From Botryllus schlosseri (Eukaryota), in NCBI GenBank assembly GCA_051294905.1, contig CM119378.1, forward strand, positions 186,001-250,000: 64,000 bases of DNA, read 5' to 3'. How positions within the stretch are numbered: the stretch's first letter is position 1; the number at the start of each line of letters is the position of its first letter. The notes under the pieces are model-generated. The model was not told where the DNA came from and ran no database searches. It worked only from the letters and a program-made list of their open reading frames with translations. The translations under genes were made by a program, and so were the position numbers. This document shows, piece by piece, positions 26,258 to 37,732 of this stretch.

Positions 26258-28250
26258 CGTACTCTCGCTGATCAAATCCTGCCGAAGGATCCACCGATTT
26301 AACTTAAATATCTAAAGACTGATAGCCAGATACAGAGAAGTTTCCAAGTGTGAAAAGAATGTTCAAACACAAAGCAACATAATGGTGCGCGTTTGTCTCA
26401 CATTTTAACACCGTGATAATTACGCAAATCACGACACGAGCCACAATTAAGAAAACGAAATATGACTCAGTTGGACTCAAGTCACTTTGTGTATTGATTC
26501 GACACATTCTCTATGTCTTTCCTGAAGTCTCGTGTATCTGGACAGATACTTGAAAAATATAACCAGAAACATTTTTTAGTGCCAAAGATATTTTAATAGT
26601 TTCTAGGTATGTTTGGGCTGCCGAGTCAGTAAATGACATCCATTTCTCGGAATTGGCTCTACTTTTTGAGATATCGATATTTTTTATTTATTCATTTATT
26701 ATTCATTTTATCTAATCGTCGTAAGTAGAATACTTGGAATCACGCAGATTTAGAATCTTCTCGGCGATCTGTGCCTCACTCTGAGGAAGTACCCAACTCA
26801 AAGACAAAAACTGCCCTCGAACTGGATTTTGAATAACATTTTACCGTACAAGAGAGAAAGAATTACTTCCGTATTTTAGCCAACTAGATGAGCTTTTTCA
26901 CGGCAAAGACATCGAAGGGCTTTTACTGAAAATGGAGGTATTTGATTGATTAGCGTGCTTAGACAGCTTACTAACTGAACTTTGAGCATTACTGGACGTA
27001 GTGATTAGGCTTTGACAGCACCTGTTTTTGATTTACCAAAATATGTTATTTATCGCTAATATCGCCTAATTTCTATAATTTTTGCTTGCTTTTCGCATGA
27101 AACAGGACTCGGGTATAGACCGATTGCTTCTTCAACGATATCATTTCAGAAATAGAACAATAATTTATGCGCACACATGAAGAGACAGATGCGAACCCAT
27201 CGAAGTTGTAGTACGGGTATATAAAGTGAAATCTACCTATGCTAAAATTTGCGTATTTTGAGCACTTTTCCAAACAAAATGTGGAATATCTCAAAGAATA
27301 GAGTCTATTCAGAAAAACGAATGTCATTTTAGGATTCAGCGACATAAGAATGCCCTAAAACCGTAGCGTACAAAGATCCGTAGTATACAAAGAGCATTTT
27401 ACCTATCACAATTTGTGTATTTTTAGCATTTTCCGAACCAAAAATATGGAATATTTTTAAAAATCGAGCCAATAACGTCATTTTTGGTTTCAGCGACCTA
27501 AAAATACCCTAAAACCATTTCAACCATCTTGGCACCAATATGTGTGTTGACCATAAGAATAAACATGTTAAGAGCGAGAAAAAGGATTATATTATGAATG
27601 CGTGGCCTTGGATATGAAGCAAGAGTTTCAGAACAGTGAGTTGAACTCCGTAACGAAAAGTGAACAATATGACTCGGACTCAGCCCTTTGCTCCCTGACT
27701 TAGACTCTACTCGATGGTGAGCTGAAAATGACTCGAGTCAAAACTATAAGAGTTAGATCTACTTTTGGCTCGAAAACTTGCGACTTGTTACAACCTTGCA
27801 GTTCAATAACCTTGTTTATCCAAATAAAAACAAAATTTGCACTTCCTACAATTATTTAGTTTACGAACGTACAAACAGTAAGTAATGTATATTCGGACAC
27901 GAAGAATGATGGGTGGAGAAATGTTATTCGCTTGGGACAGTTTCAGCTTACCTCGGTGTTGGCATTAATCGCTACAAAATACTATCAAAGCCATAACACA
28001 TTAGCACACATGATTGCAACAGAGATATAAGACTTCACCGTCTAGGCCCGTCAAGAACAAATGAAACCGTAATGAGCTCGGTAACCAAGGAATGAGGTCC
28101 GAGAATCTGTTTGGGTGAGTCCGTAACGGTGTTAACAAAGCCACCACACTGTAGAACACGCGATTATTTCATATGCCATAAAAACCTCTCGCTAGCCAAG
28201 GATTGCCATGACTGTTAAGAAAAAATGCCAGCTCAGTACAGTAGGCCTAA

Positions 28251-30933
28251 TCATGTTGTAAACTCCAAAAATCTGTTCGGGCAAAACCGTAACCCTTCAA
28301 TACTTTCGTCTCGACATAACTTCCCCATTTTCTCTCCCAAAATCAATCGTTCCTTAGCCAGAAACACCGAAATTTGCAGTAAATCAGCTAGCTGCTGCGC
28401 GGAAAGCGACTCGCTATCATCGACCAACGCGATCGTCTGTGAAACCATCCTCTCCTCGCTGTGAGATTCCAGCTGGATCACAGTAACGCCGCTGTCAAAC
28501 GTTTTCATACAAACGGGTAGCTTCATGGGATGGAACATCTTGCAGGCATTTAAAAGATCTTCGGGAGACACGAGTTCCAAACCACGAGCGCGATTTATCA
28601 TGCAATAAGCGTCGCTAAGCAAAGCTATACCGTCCTGCTTTTGCAAGATTGGAATCATCGCGTCGCTAACTTCTCTTGCTAGTTGCATGTGATAATGCGT
28701 CCCTGTACCGTGAGTCTCTTTCGTGACAGGATTCGGGATTCCTAGACTCAATAAATATGATTTGAATTTGACAGTCTCGTCTTCTGTGATGTCTCCTTGT
28801 TTATCTTTGATTTTGGAAGATATCGCTTGGGAAAGCCCGACCATTTCTTTGGCCTTGTCCATCAGGTTGGACAAATCTTGGAACGCGACAGAAATATTTT
28901 GTTCCGCGTCCTGTCGTCTCTGTTCTATTTTACGTTCGATACCGACAATTCCACGACCTCTGACCTGTCCTTTTGAGCTTGTGGGGCTCATCTCCCACGC
29001 TTTGGCCTGTATCGCTTGACCCAGGGCGCGGTGGAACTCGATATCGCCCCCGCTTTTGAAAGCAAACCTAATCAAGTTGTTGTTGGAGTGAGCGACCGGA
29101 CCGGCCGCTTGATCTTGGCTGCGTCTCGATAAATGAATTGTCACCTTCGCGCTACGACTGAATCCTCCTGAAAAAACAAGTGAAATTAAATTCAAATCAC
29201 CACCTTCTCTGAGAGGGAGTTGATCAATATATCATTGACACCTGACGAAAATAGAACTGAAATTTTGAATCGATTTATTTTACTTGGTAAAACTGTCAAG
29301 CTAGCTAAAAAAATGCTGCACATCAAACTTGGCTCAATTCCAACCCGTAGAAGCTACAAGAGTAGAAACTTCTTGATTTCTTATAAAGAAATATAAAAAA
29401 ATCCAATTTCAGTGACTACGAAATTGGATGGCTGTCTAAAAATCGTTGCATAACATATCTAGCTCATTACCAACCCGTAGGAGCAACGATATTTGAGTCA
29501 AAAATGTTGGATTTGAAAAAATAGTATCTATGGCGGGTAATTTTTCATAATTAAAAATGACAGAATTTTAAACTGTAAAATACTATTTTTTCAAATACAA
29601 AATTATCACTCCAATGCAGGGTTGTAACCAAGTCCCAAAGTTCCGAGTTACAAGTCCATCTCACTTTTATAGTTTTGACTCGAGTCAAGTCGATTATTTC
29701 ACCACAAGGCTTCAAGTCCGAGTCATTGTGTTGACTGCTCAGTTTCCAGTTAAAGTCTTGTTAACCCCACTTTTTATAACTCTGTTTGGTGATAACGAAC
29801 GGTCCGCATCTATTATATACTAGTTTTCGTCACTTTTAGCAGTTTCTGGTCACATTTCCAAGCACCAGTACCAATAGACGAAATTCCAATAGTGTGTTGG
29901 CTTCACAATTACAATGAAATGTCGGTCTACTTGGCTGTCTGAGTCTCGAGTCATATGACTTGGTTCGAATCATTTTCAATTCCCACTGAGTCAAGTCCGA
30001 GTCCAAGTCAGCGAACAGAGGATCGAGTCCGAGTCATTGTGTTGACTGCTCAGTTTCCAGTTAAAGTCTTGTTAACCCCACTCTTTATAACTTTGTTTGG
30101 TGATAACGAACGGTTCGCATTTATAATGTACTAATTTCGTCACTTTTAGCAGTTTCTGGTCGCATTTCCAAGCACCAGTACCAATAGACGAAATTCCAAT
30201 AGTGTGTTGGCTTCACTATTACAATGAAATGTCGGTCTTCTTGGCTGTCTGAGTCTCGAGTCATATGACTTGGTTCGAATCATGCGTAATGACTCGAGTC
30301 CAAGTCGAATCATTTCCATAGTTTTAGAAAATGACTCGAGTCAAGTCGAGTCATCAGAAAATCGTGACTCGAGTCATTACAACCCTGGTTTCTGGTAGCA
30401 TTTTCAAGTACCAGTACTGATAGACGAGTGTGATAACTTTACTATTCTTCGAAATTACAATGAAATACCTGTCTTAGTAGACCCAGCTTCAAGTCATATG
30501 ACTTGGTCCGAGTCATGCGCAATGACTCGAGTACAAGTCAAGTCAAGTCAATACATAAAGTGATTCGAGTCGAGTCATTTTCACGAACATGACTCGACTC
30601 GAGTCAAGTCGAGTCACTAAAAAATCGCGACTCTAGTCGAATGTGTTGTGCAACGATTTTAGCCAGCCTGACCGTTTTATCAAGTAGCCAGGAAAGTTTG
30701 AACGTCCTCGTAAACGTACCTGGAGCATGCTGGGTCTGCAATATTAGACTCAGTTTCAACGAAAGTGAACACTTTTGATTCTTTGCATCAGTCCATATGA
30801 CTTCAGTAGAGGACAAGGTCAAACGACCATCGTCAAACGATGTCTTCTCATCTCCGTCATAAATACGCACGCCACCTTGCGTTAAAAGAAGATCATCCGT
30901 GTCGCCACTACGATGCCAAGACCACCTGTCCAT
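28251..30933 (-). CDS. VPS36: Vacuolar protein-sorting-associated protein 36 (ESCRT-II subunit, GLUE + winged-helix), 376 aa
   Basis: Exons 30720-30933 and 28251-29167 (phase-1 GT-AG intron; 1131 nt). Motifs MDRWSW, GVRIYDGDEK, GIVGIERK, AFQDLSNLM, NRARGLELVSPEDL, LCRDESIEGLRF. Confidence 0.95.
29617..30387. mobile_element. MITE of the cagggttgtaa/gactcgagtc family with an internal ~310-bp tandem duplication (VPS36 intron)
   Basis: TIR cagggttgtaa / ttacaaccctg; 29716-29980 is repeated at 30027-30290. Related pieces lie at ~19676-20058, 21850-22230, 27600-27800, 30388-30640 and 47903-48489. Confidence 0.8.
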
Positions 30934-32000
30934 CAGAGCATCACAGCCAATCTTAAGCTAAGAACCTACAGAAATCAATGATACATTTCAGTTAGAAAAC
31001 TATTGGAGCATGAAGATCATTACTATAGTTGTCTTTCGTCACCACTGCAGTGATATGCCAGTGAATTTGCATAGCAAACATGCTTCCCGGTTCATTGAAG
31101 AAATCGAATAACACGATAGTCTTGGGAACGTGCAAAAAGCATTCGATTACGAAACGGGACAAAAATAGTAGTAAACTACGATTCGACTACAAAAGTGAAG
31201 AATAAATATACCCAGTTTACATGTGGTGCACAAATTGTAGGCTACATACCACAAAAATGATCACACATGCCACCAGGGGGTATGCTCACACCAATTTCTG
31301 GAAATACAAGAATGATGCGCGACATTTTCGTTATTTGCCAACCTATTACAGAAACAAATCTTGAACAAACGAAAGTGTCATAATGACGGTTGATACATTT
31401 TTCTTGACTTATGCGGGAATTCAGACCGTTCAGAGAGATGACGTAATTCCTTACATCAGGGGGTAAAGGAGTGTGTCTAGGGGCAAGAGGAAAGTGGAGA
31501 CCCCTGACAGACCTTCATTACTACACTGCGGAATTCATCCACCATCGAACGCGGCTCTTACAAACATGTTAGATACAAGTTGGATTTATAATTAGTAAAT
31601 CTGAGGGCCGAGGGGGTGGAGACCGCGGCCCATAAGGACGCACACAAATATGAGTTGCATTACGACTAGGGCTGGGCACAGTGATTCGAGTAATTAAATC
31701 TGAATCAAGCATCAATTCTAATTACTCGATAGAAGGAGTGAGAGATGATTTTTCCGAGTGCTGAAATGATACGTTCCGTGCCACTAAGAACAAAAATTAT
31801 AGTTTCTTCAATAGCCTACTATTTTCCACTGAGGAAGCTCGGAGGCCTCAATTAGTCATATGTAACACGATGCTACACACGCAGAAATCACATCTCTGTG
31901 AAGTCATGATCAACACACATCGTTGTCACAAAGTGCAATGAAATAGGTATGGTTGATAAAATACCAAATTATATTTAATGTGATGTAGATCTGGCATTGC

Positions 32001-32284
32001 CTTGGAGTCGACTTTTATCAAAATACACCAGCCAAGGCTGTGTCAACAAAAAGAGTTCGTGTATCATCTAAAAATAGTACATTGAACGCTCTCGTATTCG
32101 ACATTTCGTGCTGGTGACGTCATATTTTGTGTTACAATTGTTGATATACGCTGTTCTTTCGAATTCTCTACTAGTTGCTGACGATTACCCCTGACGAGTG
32201 TCAGCCGAAAATATTCGGGTTCATTTCAATATGAATATACTATTCAATTGTATATTGAAGTTCTGTACCTCAAAGAAGCTGTTC
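32001..32284 (+). mobile_element. 5'-truncated Penelope-like element (GIY-YIG C-terminus + pseudo-LTR)
   Basis: Reads LESTFIKIHQPRLCQQKEFVYHLKIVH*, same family as 62279-62539. Flanked by the direct repeat agatctggcattgc (31987-32000, 32285-32298). Confidence 0.85.
32177..32220 (+). ncRNA. Minimal type I hammerhead ribozyme in Penelope pseudo-LTR
   Basis: accc-CTGACGA-g(tgtcagc)c-GAAA-atat-TC-gggt: intact core, stem I accc/gggt, 1-bp stem II, palindromic AATATT stem III. Confidence 0.8.
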
Positions 32285-32597
32285 AGATCTGGCATTGCAT
32301 CATTTGTGATAACATAAAAGATAGATAAAAACTTTTCACATCATACTGATGTGACGTTATAAGAAGTGATACTGGAATACTCAAATCAAAATATATAATG
32401 ACTCAGGTACGGTACTCGATTTAGCCCAGCCATAGTTACGACGCATCCATATTTTCATGCTGGGTTAGACGTTGTAAAGCGATTTTTCACATCACCAAAC
32501 AAAGTCTGGCGAAGAAGCACCAATTTTTTGGGTAGCACTTTGACATGTTTACAAAACTAGTTTACTTTCCTACGCTGCATCAGATAAAAAGGTGTCG

Positions 32598-33785
32598 CTA
32601 CTTTGCCAAGTCCTCAACCATTGCTTTATCAGCATCATGAGCGGCTTCGTCCTCAAAATCGATCTCTTGTTGAATGTCCGGCGGACATTCGCCATCAGTG
32701 ACAATAATCCTAGTTAAGGCAACCCCTCCGTATTTGTTTACAGTCCCGGAAATTTCGAAAGCGTGAGACGGCGCCGCGTTAAAATTGAATTTCTGCATTT
32801 CCCAAACTGGGACTTGGGACTGCGCGTTCTTCAACGTTACTTCATAAGGTTTCTCATTGTCTACGACGGACAGTTGCCCCCCGCCCACGATGGTGACGTT
32901 GATCGACATTTCCAAGCATTTGTTTGTGTTGATTGTCTCGAAGACAATGTTCATCTTAAGACCAGGGTCGGTGATAGAATCGTCGACGTAGAGAGATTGT
33001 GTGGATTGTTCCCTCAGAAACGACGGCCTTCCGAATTCCCAGTGCGGGTCTGAAGGCTTCTTCATGTAGTTACATTTCCCAGAGTCTGAGCTGTCTTCTG
33101 AGAAATCGCAATCGATGTAAACGCTCTTTTCATCATCGAGTTTTTCTTTGCCGTCTACATCGTCAGCGGTGTTGGAAGCTGTTTTTTCAGGTTTCAAAGT
33201 TTGGATGTCGGATACCTGCTCGCCAGTTGACACAATCCCCGAATTTGCCTTTGATTTGCCGACTTCTTGCTGGGTCACAATAGATTGACTGTTACGTTGA
33301 TACTCTTCAATGTCCTTTTGAAGTTTCATAACTTGCTCCTTCACACTTTCTAGTTCGGATGATTTTTCTTCAATCTCCTGCTGCAGTTTTTCTTTGTCCT
33401 GATTCGCGTTTTTGAGAGCATCATTCAACTCCATTAATTTACTCGAGGTCGATTCGAGCGTGTCCGAACATTCTTTATGTCGAATTTGGCATTCGCTCGT
33501 TTTATCTTCATTTTCTGACATTCTCTTCTCACAATTAGAACGGCGTTCGTCAGTCAAAGTAGCTTGCTTTTTGTAATGTTCAATCTGTTTTTGTTCCGTC
33601 ATCATGTCCGCGTTGAGGTTCATGTTCTTGGTTCGAAGCACCACTATGTCGGCACTGTGTGACCAGTACTTGTAGGCGAGAATTATATTGACGAAAACCG
33701 AGCCCAGTAGAAGCCAACGCATTCGGCCGACTGTGTGACGAGTCGTAGTTTTGCGTCGCATGCCACCCTCGTAGTCTTCCAGCAT
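32598..33785 (-). CDS. Single-exon type II membrane protein: N-terminal TM helix, long coiled coil, C-terminal MAM-like domain (395 aa)
   Basis: 1188-nt open frame. Basic tail then WLLLGSVFVNIILAY, a heptad-rich E/K/Q segment, then IDCDF...C.Y...W and GGVALTRIIVTDGECP resembling MAM-domain termini. Confidence 0.8.
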   Translation of the reverse strand: MLEDYEGGMRRKTTTRHTVGRMRWLLLGSVFVNIILAYKYWSHSADIVVLRTKNMNLNADMMTEQKQIEHYKKQATLTDERRSNCEKRMSENEDKTSECQIRHKECSDTLESTSSKLMELNDALKNANQDKEKLQQEIEEKSSELESVKEQVMKLQKDIEEYQRNSQSIVTQQEVGKSKANSGIVSTGEQVSDIQTLKPEKTASNTADDVDGKEKLDDEKSVYIDCDFSEDSSDSGKCNYMKKPSDPHWEFGRPSFLREQSTQSLYVDDSITDPGLKMNIVFETINTNKCLEMSINVTIVGGGQLSVVDNEKPYEVTLKNAQSQVPVWEMQKFNFNAAPSHAFEISGTVNKYGGVALTRIIVTDGECPPDIQQEIDFEDEAAHDADKAMVEDLAK

Positions 33786-35699
33786 TATGATTTATAACCG
33801 CCTTCCGCCTATATATATATATAGAGCGCTATACAAAAAAGTGGACAACCAGCTAAATAAGTAGCATAAAAAATGAAATTGATTGAAATGTAATAGCCTA
33901 GAGATGGGCAAGGCATAGACAGAAGGCCTGATATTACCATAGTCAGGAACATCTTGCTATATACAGAAGTCAAAATTTAGGATCAACTAAATAGTGAATA
34001 TTCAAGAACAAGTGAAAAATTCGAATGCTAATTTGGGAAAAACAACACCGCATCTTGCTATACATAGAAGTCGTTATCTTCAAAGCTTTAGGTAAGAAAA
34101 TACAAAACCATATTTAAAAAGAATAAAAAATAAACAGCAAACACATAGCATCATGGATGAATAAAAATATATAATAAGGTCATCACCATCATCCTCTTGC
34201 AAATACAATTTATGGCGTTTTTTCGAGAGCAGAGAGTTGAAACATTGTATTTTTAAACTCACAATAATGTACATTACTAGGAACACAGTATATTATTCCA
34301 TTTATTGACATTTAACACTGTCGATATTGACACGACATGAAATATATCAATAAACGTTAAAACAAACTCACAAATTAAAATTTCATTTGTAGCCTAATAC
34401 CCCTACAGGGTTGGTGTGATTGCATGCAAAATAAGGTCAGAAACATGCAAAATAAGGTCAGTCTCAACATGCAAAATAAGGTCAGTCACATGCAAAATAA
34501 GGTCAGTCGCGACATGCAAAATAAGGTCAGTCACCATAATGTTAGGGTTGGGTTAGCGTGTTTAGGGTAGGGGTGAGGATCCTTTAGGGTTGGGGTTAGC
34601 GTCATTAGGGTTGGAATAGTCCTAGCCTAAAGCAAAATTTCAAATCAAGTTTTTTTATGGAATCAGATTTAAAATATGTTGCCTTTAGGGCTTTAGCAAC
34701 TTGGAATCGAAATTTAACTTTTGCATATAAACATTAAGATTTCGTATCCAACTATAGATCTAAATCTTAAATATGAATATGTTTCAACACATGCAGTTCC
34801 TATTCCTACTTGAGTCATATTTCAAATCCAACTTTTTTCGAGTAAAAATTTTCCATAGTAGTCTTACTGTCAATTTACATTTTTCATATCAACATCGATA
34901 TTCCCAATCTAGATCCAAAATCTAAATATGTTTCAATGTGGGCTCTTGAGCAGTTCTTGACTGGAATCGCTGGCCGTTTTGCCTGATATATCACGTGAGC
35001 AGCGATGATTTTCCAAGTGAAAGTAATTTAATGAATAATAATAAAAAAATAAAACAGAGTGTGAGCACAGGACACCGATTCCATAAAGGCTGACGTGTAC
35101 AATAAGGACATTCAAATGCAAAATAATGTCAATCGCTACATGCAGATAAGGACAGTCACATGTAAAATAAGGTCAATCGTTACATGCATTATAAGGTCAG
35201 TGTACTCAGTGACATGCAAAATAAGGTCAGTCGCGACATGCAAAATAAGGTCAGTCGCGACATACAAAATAAGGTCAGTCACATGCAAAATAAGGTCAAT
35301 TGCCACATGCAGAATAAGGACAGTGACGAACTCACAATCATGTTTGTGTTATGGAAGGTCCTTAAGGTTGTGGGTTAGGGTCCCGGTCCCGGGTGGAGTT
35401 CCTTACGGGTTCGTGTAATTGGGTAGGGTTACTTAGGGTTTAAGGGGTTAGTTAGGATTGAGGTGCGGTTCAGTAGGGTTTGGGTAATTAGGGGGCATCC
35501 CTAAAAGACGGAGAAGCGGAGGCAGCGGAGACAGCGGAGGCAGCGGAGAACGGACCCTAAAACGCGGAGACAGCGGAGACAGCGGAGAGAGCCAAAAATG
35601 CCGATTCCTAAAAGACGGAGATAGCGGAGGAAGCGGAGAGCGGAGCTTTCGGTCATTGACCTTTATAGACACGCGCAAACGCAACTCTAAAACGTGTAG

Positions 35700-36960
35700 A
35701 CGGCGGAGAATAACGGAGAAGTCAGCCATGCGAGTTTCAGGCCAATTTGGTGACTGATTTCCCATCGATGAGACGACATAGCGGACGGTTATATAATATA
35801 CTGAAAGCGGAGTTCGGGGCGTAGCGAAATGTATTTCGAAACAGCAGAGAATAACGGAGAATTCAGCCATGCGAGTTTCAGGCCAATTTGGTGACTGATT
35901 GCCCATCGATGAGACGACATAGCGGACGGTTATATAATATACTGAAAGCGGAGTTCGGGGGGTAGCGAAATATATTTCGAAACAGCAGAGAATAACGGAG
36001 AATTCAGCCATGCGAGTTTCAGGCCCATTTGGTGACTGATTGTCCATCGATGAGATGACATAGCCGACGGTTATATTGCCATAATATATTGAAAGCGGAG
36101 TTCGGGGCGTAGCGATATATATTTCGAAACAGCAGAGAATAACGGAGAATTCAGCCATGCGAGTTTCAGGCCAATTTGGTGACTGATTGCCCATCGATGA
36201 GACGACATAGCGGACGGTTATATAATATACTGAAAGCGGAGTTCGGGGCGTAGCGAAACATATTTCGAAACAGCAGAGAATAACGGAGAATTCAGCCATG
36301 CGAGTTTCAGGCCAATTTGGTGACTGATTGCCCATCGATGAGAGGACATAGCGGACGGTAATAATATACTGAAAGCGGAGTTCGGGGCGTAGCGAAATAT
36401 ATATCGAAACAGCAGAGAATAACGGAGAATTCAGCCATGCGAGTTTCAGGCCAATTTGGTGACTGATTGCCCATCGATGAGAGGACATAGCGGACGGTTA
36501 TAATATACTGAAAGCGGAGTTCGGGGCGTAGCGAAATATATTTCGAAACAGCAGAGAATAACGGAGAATTCAGCCATGCGAGTTTCAGGCCCATTTGGTG
36601 ACTGATTGCCCATCGATGAGACGACATAGCCGACGGTTATATTGCCATAATATATTGAAAGCGGAGTTCGGGGCGTAGCGATATATATTTCGAAACAGCA
36701 GAGAATAACGGAGAATTCAGCCATGCGAGTTTCAGGCCAATTTGGTGACTGATTGCCCATCGATGAGATGACATTGCGGACGGTTATAATATACTGAAAA
36801 TTGCTAATAAACCGAACGATGGAACCGATCAATGAGACGACGTATTGGACGGTTATATAATATATTGAAAGCGGAGATCGGGGCGTAGGGGAAGATGTTT
36901 CGAAACAGCGGTGAAAAACGGAAAAGTCAACGATGCGAGTTCCTGGCCAATTTGGTGTAT
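35700..36960 (-). repeat. 141-bp tandem repeat array (~9 units), left arm
   Basis: Unit gives the 47-aa periodic translation; 139- and 147-bp variants present; the innermost unit is degenerate. Confidence 0.95.
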
Positions 36961-36984
36961 TTCGAAGTATTCGACAATATATAA

Positions 36985-37479
36985 TAGGGATGGTGTGAAC
37001 CTCTGAAAGGTTCAGGTTCGTGTGAACGCGAACCTTTTTGAAAGGTTCTGTGTGAACGCGAACGTGAACCTCGTGACGTCACATGACGTCATATTGCTAA
37101 TTCCAACCCTATCTTTCAATGAAGTGATAGCCTATATTAATGTACACCAGGGGTGGGCAACATACGGCCCGCGGGCCGGATCCTCGTCGAAATTGTTGGC
37201 AAAGCGACGGAATGTATTGATTTTATGAGATTATTATATCCTTTGATAACCGCGGTTAATACATTTAGCGACGTTTAAAACGCCAATATGTACTTCAGCA
37301 ATTATGTGACATTATGTGGCCCGAGTGTTCGCTAGGTATCGTGTACATTAATATAGGAAAGATACGGTTGGAATTAGCAATATGACGTCACGAGGTTCAC
37401 GTTCGTGTTCACACAGAACCTTTCAAAATGGTTCGCGTTCACACGAACCCGAACCTTTCAGAGGTTCACACCATCCCTA
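36985..37479. mobile_element. MITE in the spacer of the foldback; another right end at ~6680-6787
   Basis: ~125-bp TIR tagggatggtgtgaacctctgaaagg / cctttcagaggttcacaccatcccta; no clear TSD. Confidence 0.8.
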
Positions 37480-37732
37480 TTATTTTTGCTTTATCACATC
37501 AAGTTGTTCAGATATTATATATGTTGAATATTTCTACTTTTTCGGGGTAATCAAGTAGATTTGGGCTATTTCCGGTACTTATTGAAGTGGTAATGTTTCG
37601 CAATTACTTCAACATCTACCTGAACAGTATTCTGGATGAACTAATTACATTTGCAATTAGGTTTTTGTAAAGTAGAAAGTAGTTCAGTATAATATTCCAC
37701 AACTATCATCAGTTAAATTGTCATACGAAACG

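Larger units (their letters stand above)
31667..32434. mobile_element. hAT-type MITE hosting a Penelope-like insertion
   Basis: TIR tagggctgggc / gcccagccata; TSD attacgac/gttacgac. The body is shared with 15557-15729 and 54465-54600. Confidence 0.75.

Noticed and set aside
34520..34620. Telomere or interstitial telomeric array
   Set aside because: The ttaggg-like motifs are scattered and degenerate, and are mirrored at 40770-40850 as part of a TIR.
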